From Selaginella moellendorffii (taxonomy: Eukaryota; Plantae; Lycopodiophyta): DNA of 64,000 nucleotides. The position numbers were made by a program, and so were the translations under genes. Below are positions 57,586 through 64,000 of this stretch, in pieces. The notes under the pieces are model-generated. The model was not told where the DNA came from, did not search any database, and saw nothing but the letters and a program-made list of their open reading frames with translations. Positions within the stretch are counted from its first letter, which is position 1; the number at the start of each line of letters is the position of its first letter. Location: the NCBI RefSeq assembly GCF_000143415.4, contig NW_003314301.1:654336-718335 (forward strand), in the 5' to 3' direction.

Positions 57586-59235
57586 ATGGAGAGAGTCGCG
57601 AAAATGGCGTCTTACTCCAACCCAAAATCCATCGCTCTGATTACCACTGGTCTCTTCTTCCTCTACGTTTTGCTGTCTCAGAATCACTTTCCGGACAAGA
57701 TCGTGGAAGATCTCATCGTTCCAGAGCAAGGCGATGCTCGCCAGTGCCGGAGCCGCGTAGAGTTCCAGTCCTATCGCCGCAAATCGACAGACCCATCGGC
57801 GGAAAGCTACTCGCCATCGCCAGCTCTCATCGTTCCAGAGCAAGGCGATGCTCGCCAGTGCCGGAGCCGCGTAGAGTTCCAGTCCTATCGCCGCAAATCG
57901 ACAGACCCATCGGCGGAAAGCTACTCGCCATCGCCAGCTCTCATCCACCGCCTGCGACGCTACGAGCAAATCCACGCCCGGTGCTCTCGATTGATCCAAG
58001 ATGATCCAAACGGCGATCACGGCGACTGCCAATTCGTGGTGTGGATCGCGCCATTTGGATCGCAGGGCCTGGGGAACAAGATGCTGGCGATTGCTTCCAC
58101 TTTTCTCTATGCTCTGCTCACGAACAGAGTTTTACTCATCGCGAGAGATTCGTCCGCAGAGAACATGGATCGATTGTTCTGCGAGCCATTCCCAAAGAGT
58201 TCCTGGCTCCTTCCCAGACCCCTGGAGATCCGATTATCCACAGTCAACGATTCATCGCGGATCGGCCATGCCCCGGATCTAAAAATCACTCCTCAGCACT
58301 GTCACGATTTCGCGAGCTCGATCAAGTTTCCAGATGTGGCCTACTCGTATCTGTCCGTGGACTACACCCCGGACGATCGAAAATTCTTCTGCAAGGAGCA
58401 GCAAAAACTCTTGCAATCGCAGGTAACGTGGCTGTTTCTCCGGTCAAACGTCTACTTTGCTCCGGGATTGTTCTTGGTGGAATCCTTCCGGAGTGATCTC
58501 GCGAAGCTCTTCCCCCAGCAGCAGGCGATTTTCCACCACTTGAGCCGCTATCTCTTCCATCCCATCGATCCGGTGTGGGATCGCACAGCGCGGTTCTACG
58601 ACTCATATCTCGCGCGCGCCGACCGCGTAGTCGGCATCCAAATGAGAGTTCCTCCACACTTGCAAGGAGTTCGTCAAAACCTGGCGGCGGAGGTGTTCCA
58701 ATGCGCCGTGGAGACAAAGATCCTTCCCAATATCAGCAAGAACAACGTCGAGAGGATCAAGCTCCGCTCCTCGATCAGCTCGCAGCAGCAGCAGATCGCG
58801 GCGGTGGTGACTTCGCTGGATGAGCACCACTTTGACGTGCTGCGAGAGATCTACCTCAACTCCTCCACCGCCGATGGATCGATCGTGAGAGTGGAGCAGC
58901 CCAGCCACGAGGGGCAGCAGCACACCGGATTTCTCGATCACGATGAGAAGGCTCTCGCGGAGATTTACTTGCTGGGGCTCAGCGATGTGCTGATCACGAG
59001 TCCTGGCTCCACTTTCGGCTACATTGGCCAGGGATTAGCCGGGTTGAGGCCTTGGCTTATGTGGGCTGGGCCTGGCTCAGGCAGGGACATTTGCTCCAAG
59101 GCAAGAACTATGGATCCTTGCTTCTTTTCGTTTGGGGAGTCTAACTGCGATTGTGGAGAGGCTGTCAAGCTTGACAATGTGGAGCGGTGTCAAGATTGGC
59201 CTATAGCGCCTGGTGTTCAACTCAAAACAACTTGA
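57586..59235 (+). CDS. GT37 fucosyltransferase, copy 3 (549 aa, 38-aa internal duplication)
   Basis: Protein identical to copy 2 in the ORF track. Confidence 0.92.
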   Translation: MERVAKMASYSNPKSIALITTGLFFLYVLLSQNHFPDKIVEDLIVPEQGDARQCRSRVEFQSYRRKSTDPSAESYSPSPALIVPEQGDARQCRSRVEFQSYRRKSTDPSAESYSPSPALIHRLRRYEQIHARCSRLIQDDPNGDHGDCQFVVWIAPFGSQGLGNKMLAIASTFLYALLTNRVLLIARDSSAENMDRLFCEPFPKSSWLLPRPLEIRLSTVNDSSRIGHAPDLKITPQHCHDFASSIKFPDVAYSYLSVDYTPDDRKFFCKEQQKLLQSQVTWLFLRSNVYFAPGLFLVESFRSDLAKLFPQQQAIFHHLSRYLFHPIDPVWDRTARFYDSYLARADRVVGIQMRVPPHLQGVRQNLAAEVFQCAVETKILPNISKNNVERIKLRSSISSQQQQIAAVVTSLDEHHFDVLREIYLNSSTADGSIVRVEQPSHEGQQHTGFLDHDEKALAEIYLLGLSDVLITSPGSTFGYIGQGLAGLRPWLMWAGPGSGRDICSKARTMDPCFFSFGESNCDCGEAVKLDNVERCQDWPIAPGVQLKTT

Positions 59236-59622
59236 ATCTTTATCCATTCTTTTTAGGACATGTAGAGAGTTATATTGTGTCTTCCAATGTGGACCATTTT
59301 GGTATGAATTGTTTGATATGCAACTGATTTCAAGGAAGTTATCTTTCTTTGACGTGGTTATGCCTCCCATTCAACGAGCTTGGATGTTACAACAAGGAAT
59401 CCACGACTAAGATGTGCAAGGATAAATTCTAGAACGAGAAATCACATAGCAAAGTCATATCAAGATGTTAGTGATTCACGTCGTGAAGCCCGCCACTTTG
59501 ATACGCTCATAGGCACCCACGATCTGTCAAAAAATTATACAAGATGTTACAAACAAGCAGTTCTTGTTTCCATGATGTAAGTTGTTGTTCCAGTGGGATC
59601 AAACTCCTGGTGACAAGTTTTC

Positions 59623-61996
59623 GTGTATGAGTGTCTTCCTCGGACTTGGCTGCAAGAATGCATCGCGCTGATAACTTCTTCCAGGAGCCTGTCTCAAGCC
59701 AAGCAGATCCACAGTCAGGTTTCTTCCAGCAGCCACCGAGAGACTTATCTTTCGAATCTTCTCATTCAAATGTATGGGAGATGTGGAAGTGTGGCCGATG
59801 CTCGCTCAGTCTTCGATGCTGTGGTCGCCAAGAACTCCTTCACTTGGAACTTGATGCTGTCAGCATATGCCAGGAACGGGCATTTGCAGAGGGCTAAAGA
59901 GGTTTACGACTCCATGCCTGGGAAGGACTTGGTTTCATGCAATGGAATTCTTTCTGCGTACTCGCAGGCCGGGAAACTGGGTGACGCTGTCGAGTTTTTC
60001 CGAACGATGCAAGAGAAGGATTTGGTGTCGTGGAACACCGTTCTTGCAGCTTTTTCAAAGGCCAGAGATTTGAGAGGAGCCAGGAAGATTTTCAGCGACA
60101 TGCCGAGGAAGAATCTAGTTTCGTGGAACACAATGCTGGCCGCTATATCACAAAATGAAGAGATTGAGGTGTTGGAGATGTTTTTTGATGGAATGGAAGA
60201 AAAAGACGTGGTTTCTCATAATACGATGATCAATGCATATGGCAAAGCTGGGCATATTGAGAAAACGAGAAAGATATTTGATTACTTGCAAGAGAAAAAA
60301 TTGGTTTCCTGGAATTCAATGCTATCAGTCTACTCGCATCATGGTCTACTTGACGAAGCAAGAATTGTGTTTGAAGAAATGCCTGAGCGAGACACAATTT
60401 CTTGGAACTCTATGCTAGCAGCATATATTCAAAGCGGGAATTTGCGAGAAGCGTTGTCCTTGTTAGAAAGGATGCCAAGAAAAAATTTGGTGTCATACAA
60501 CTTAATTCTAAGCGCTTTAGCCGCTCAAGGTCTCTTTGACGGAGCAAAGGAATTCTTTGCTACAATTCCCAATCCAAGCATTATCTCGTGGAATACACTC
60601 CTTGCTGCATATACTCCAATTGGGCATCTTTACGAGATCATCAAGCTTTACGACCAAATTCCAAACAAGGATATAGTCTCAGACACGGCACTCTTGAATG
60701 CCTTTTCTGAAAATGGGAAACTTGAGCCAGCAAAGATGGTATTTGATGCAATGGACCTTGTGTCATGAATGCAATGCTAGCGGCATTTTGTGACAATGGG
60801 AGCTCGTTCAATGCCAAGGAGATGCTCAGTTGGATGTGTGCTCGGAATCTTAGCTCTTGGAACTGCGTTCTCCGATCATTTGCTCTTGATGGGGATCTTG
60901 ACGAGACAAAGAGATTATTTGACAAAATGCCCGAGTGGGACCAAATGTCTTTCAATTTCATGCTTGCGGCATATGTCTCAGGCGGGCATCATGGTCTTGC
61001 TAAAGTAATGTACGAAACACTACTTCCTGAGAAAGATTCCTTTTTCACACGTCGCCATGCTAAGTGCCTACACTGTACAGGGCAAGGTTGATGATGCAAA
61101 GCTTTTGTTTGATAGCATTCCATACAGGTCTCTTTTTATTTGGAACTCTATGCTTTCGGCATATGCCCAAAACTGTCATCCGGACAATGCAAAATATCAT
61201 TTTGATGCCGTGCCCGAGTGGGACATTGTCGCTTGGACCTCTTTATTATATTCCAGAAATTATCAAGGAAATGTGGAGGAAGCGAAGGTGTTGTTTGAGA
61301 AGATGCCTGAGCGAGATCTAATCGCATGGAATGCTACGTTGTCAGGACATTCCCAACACAGGCATTTAGAAGACTCAAAGTGCCTGTTTGATTTGATGCC
61401 TTCCCACAATATTGTCTCTTACAACACTCGGATGGCAGCTTACTCTCAGCATGGATACATCGAGGATGCCCTCTTGGTCTTCCAGAAAATGAGACACAGG
61501 AACTCTATTTCGTGGAACACTCTACTTGTGTCATATGCTCAAAATGGGCATACTACTACTGGAAAGGCGTTTTTCTCAACCTTGCCCGAGCAAAATCTGG
61601 TTTCTTGGAATGTAGTAATTGGAATGTATGCTTTAAATGGGCAAACTGCACAATCCTTGGAGCTCTTTAGAAACTGTGTTGCTGATGGTGTCAAGCTGGA
61701 TGATGTATCTTTTACCTCTGCATTGATTGCTTTGAGGTGAGGTTGACGATTCACATTTTCTGTTTAAATCAATGATAACAGACTACTTAGTAACGCCTGG
61801 CAAGCAACAATATGGTTGTATCATCTCCTTGTTTGCTCGTGGAGGATATGATAGATCCTGTAAAGAACTCATTGATACAATGCCTTTCTTTCCTGATACT
61901 CACGACTGGACGTGCCTGGCAAGTGCCAATAGAATCTACAAATCTAACAGCCTTGGAATGGGGCATCACAATACACGGAAAACAAATGCCAACTAG
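59623..61996 (+). pseudogene. Short-repeat PPR (PLS-E type) pseudogene, most complete copy
   Basis: Long run of ~31-aa PPR repeats split by frameshifts at ~60755, ~61045 and ~61735. The ATG seen in the 31462 copy is lost. Confidence 0.85.
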
Positions 61997-63225
61997 CAGA
62001 AGCGTCTTGCGTGCTTGGTAACAGAGCAAGCTTAGACTTGGTTGAAAGGTACCTGGGATGTAAGTCATGTCCAACTTCGCCATGTCCTTGTCGGTCTCGC
62101 ATTCCCCACTAGGCTGGAGCTTGTGTCACTGAGCCCTCTCTCACACTCGAGCCACCTCTTCATGCCGCGAAAAATTCCTCACGACTTTGTTCTTCGCACG
62201 ATCATCGACTGCTCCTACTCTCTCACATGCTCCTCCGGTTCCGGACGGCATTCATTACGAGCATAGCAATGTGGTCTTGGTTTACAATTTTGCAGCAATC
62301 TCGCGAGCGCATGACGAAGTAGTGCATGAAAGCCTCTTCTTGTGCTGTCAACTCTGATATCCTCGATGGTCAATTCTTGGACTTCAGGCGTCCAAGAAAT
62401 CAGCCAGCTGCATATTTCTCAAGTGATCACGTCGAATCAGATCCAAAACTCTTTGTTTACCTTGCTGAATCCCCCATCCTTGTAGCGGAAGGTGGTAGCG
62501 TCACTTTCTCTATAACGAGCAAGGTCGGGTTTGCGCTCGTACGCCACCAGACCCTCGCACCACTAAGTAGAAGCTTGCGTAGGGAACCAGATGGTTTTCA
62601 GACTCATGAAGCTCCTCGCTTCCATCAACAAAGAAGTGGAACTTCTCAGCTCTTGGCTGCTGCCTCTTGTGCTCCTCGACAACCTACACTGCCTCTTCCA
62701 TCTTCTGGATTGGCGATTGCACGAATTACAAATCACTGTATCCCAGAACCTCGTCAAACGGAATAGAGTTGCTTATCCAAGAATATGCATGCGATAAATA
62801 AATTTGACGGCTGTAACTTGGGATCTCCGTGTTGTACCTATGAGCAAAAACTTAGCTTCCTCCGTTCTAGTTAACATTTGAAGAAACGAGTGAGCTTACT
62901 TGTCCCTGTAGAGAAGATTGAGCTCCGCAGTGGTTCATTAATAAGAGTTCAGCCAATCTTTCCTTGATGCCATCTGGTGGAAACTGCAAGCCACTGCTCT
63001 AAAATCAACTTACTCACGCTCTTGGGACCGTAAATGAGATGGTGTACCAAAAATCGCAGACATACCTGCTCACAGTTGCTCTTATGCCTGGAGGTGGCCT
63101 TAAACTCTCCAATGTATGGTAACTTTGTGGACTTGGTTCACTGGCATAATTGTATCACTTCCTTGGCCTCCCGTAATCTCTCTTGAAACCGGGCCAAGGC
63201 TCATTAGGGCTTTAGAATTCTGGAC

Positions 63226-64000
63226 ATGTCTTCTCTGGACGCATTGCTGGAAAGAGGAGTGTGGCTTCTGGAAACGCCTTGCAGCAGGATTAACACTGTT
63301 GGGTTTGCTTTGAAAGGTTGTGAGTGCAGCTTTCAAGACTTGAGCAAGTTTGATTTCTGCAAAAATGTGACAAGCAAGACGGAGAAGGAGCCGCGCAACT
63401 TCCGTGTGATTCGAGACGACTTGCTGCACCCGACGCTCGGTGGAAACAAAATCAGAAAGCTCGACGCTGTGGTTCCGTTCCTCAAGGACGAGGAAATCAC
63501 TGATGTGGTACATACTCTTTTTTTTTTTGTTCTTTCTTTGAAGCGATTTCAATGTCTATCAGGTGACTTGTGGAGGCTGTCAAAAGTGCTCATGCTGCTG
63601 CTGTAGGTACGAAAAGAAGACTAAGAATTCTCTAGTTTTATACTTCTTCTTTTCTATCTAACGTGTTTTCTCAGCTCAGCTGTGGCGTGTGCTGAGCATG
63701 GGATGTCGGCTCATTTGCTGCTACGAGGTGAAAAACTTGAAGTCACGACTGGATATAACTTGATATCGGAGGTTTATGGAAAAAGAACCGAGTATGCAGA
63801 TCGACAAAAAATGTTCAGCTCGCATATGGAACGTGTTGCTTGTTCTGAAGAACCAGTTCTTTGGTTGAATGGCAACTCTATCACCAGAGAAACAATCACT
63901 CCTTCAGAAAATTCTAAATTGCTTGAACCCGGAAGAGGAAGAAGAAAATGGGCCGTGCTTGGAGAAGGTGGTGCGAGTGGTCTAGCACTTCTCGGTGTGT
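63226..64000 (+). pseudogene. DCD2: D-cysteine desulfhydrase 2-like pseudogene, copy 2 (runs off window)
   Basis: Same motifs and the same tgtcaaaagtgct frameshift (~63583), plus a deletion at ~63782. Confidence 0.82.

Larger units (their letters stand above)
21980..64000. repeat. Tandem segmental amplification (kinase/FUT/PPR/IQM/lectin/DCD2 cassettes), continuing past the window end
   Basis: Intact kinase-FUT blocks recur at offsets of 13,704 and 14,340 bp. Decayed kinase-FUT blocks lie at ~22.1-24.1 kb and ~35.9-38.2 kb. Remnants of the last TBC exon recur at ~27,864 and ~35,766. Confidence 0.95.

Overview
This is compact land-plant genomic DNA. Introns of about 45-60 bp, short-repeat PPR genes and a Tcn1-type chromovirus are most consistent with a lycophyte such as Selaginella (inference, not proven). 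The first ~22 kb hold single-copy genes: a WIP C2H2 zinc finger, a PLS-E PPR, NF-YA, the ATR kinase, an XTH with a variant catalytic motif, a GDP-L-galactose phosphorylase (VTC2-like) and a TBC RabGAP. From ~22 kb to the end is a tandem segmental amplification that starts in the last TBC exon. It has three intact, nearly identical head-to-head pairs of a minimal Ser/Thr kinase (-) and a GT37 fucosyltransferase (+), plus two decayed pairs. Three copies (one intact) of an AT-rich secreted gene, with an unrecognised domain fused to a GNA-type lectin, each precede an intact pair. PPR, IQM-like and D-cysteine desulfhydrase-2 copies in the array are pseudogenes. At 47.3-55.5 kb is a three-level retrotransposon nest. 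An old Gypsy element with a 4-bp TSD contains a deleted, apparently self-priming chromovirus, which carries a 5S-rRNA-bearing Cassandra solo LTR. A complete Cassandra TRIM sits separately in the outer element. All counts and alignments were made by eye.
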